Source: a virus. From it: a stretch of DNA of 64,000 nucleotides. Where the stretch lies: positions 173,303-237,302 of the IMG/VR virus record IMGVR_UViG_3300045988_115074. The stretch is one strand, 5' to 3'. Shown here piece after piece: positions 63,770 through 64,000 of this stretch (position 1 is its first letter; each line of letters begins with the position of its first letter). The translations under genes were made by a program, and so were the position numbers. The notes beneath the pieces were generated by a model. It ran no database searches and was not told the origin of the DNA. It saw only the letters and a list, made by a program, of their open reading frames with translations.

Positions 63770-64000
63770 CAAATATCTTCAATACGGGTCGTTAATCCAT
63801 ATTCTGTCTATCTAAGACAGCTCTATGTTACCATAGACGTTGAGACTATATCTTCTTCTCCAGCATTACCTGGTAAGATTCCTAATATAAGGAAACCACA
63901 TAGAGGATTACATTAATCCACTGTGGTAGTCACTCTATTTCCCCAAACTCCGTTACAGAGACCTCACTTGAGTGGTACGTCTTTCGACTAGTCGTTGAAC
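63770..64000 (-). mobile_element. 3' part of a group I intron in nrdA (runs off the window)
   Basis: Minus strand reads GTTCAACGACTAGTCGAAAGACGTACCACTCAAGTGAGG ... GAAGATATAGTCTCAACG ... TGAAGATATTTG|GGAATTCGT; the R and S elements are present, it ends in G, and it shares sequence blocks with the beta' intron. Confidence 0.75.

Noticed and set aside
1-64000. CRISPR arrays, rRNA genes, integrase/repressor or transposase genes
   Set aside because: No regularly spaced direct repeats, no rRNA-like sequence and no recombinase motifs were seen in any listed ORF. The only mobile elements supported are the introns and homing-endonuclease genes.

Overview
AT-rich segment of a large, apparently virulent tailed-phage genome. 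No integrase, repressor, rRNA or CRISPR array was seen. All calls come from reading the sequence and from remembered family motifs; no searches were run. Left to right: (1) tail module on the minus strand, with a 2817-aa tape-measure protein carrying SLT and CHAP-like lysis domains; (2) phage multisubunit RNA polymerase genes (beta' N fragment, large beta fragment, and a beta' C fragment at 29.7 kb); (3) a T4 gp21-like prohead protease, DHFR and several acidic small proteins; (4) a minus-strand tRNA cluster (Leu-UAA, Tyr, Arg-UCU, Leu-UAG and one aberrant tRNA-like element); (5) dCTP deaminase; (6) a 1.45-kb gene-free structured region; (7) a GH19 endolysin, then a second ~0.5-kb structured gene-free region; (8) a YadA-type trimeric autotransporter adhesin that looks GC-richer by eye; (9) a long run of single-gene cassettes (hairpin terminator plus a TATAAAGGAAA box) that includes a 4-member paralog family; (10) E. 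coli-like class Ia ribonucleotide reductase genes nrdB and nrdA. The most striking feature is the density of self-splicing or homing elements. Six group I introns are inferred: beta' at DxDGD, beta twice, tRNA-Leu(UAA) at position 34/35, nrdB and nrdA. In addition, an intein-derived free-standing LAGLIDADG gene has replaced the 3' end of the beta' C gene. All of these sit in catalytic or anticodon motifs. The other main leads are the two large structured non-coding regions and a pair of hairpin-plus-micro-ORF cassettes.
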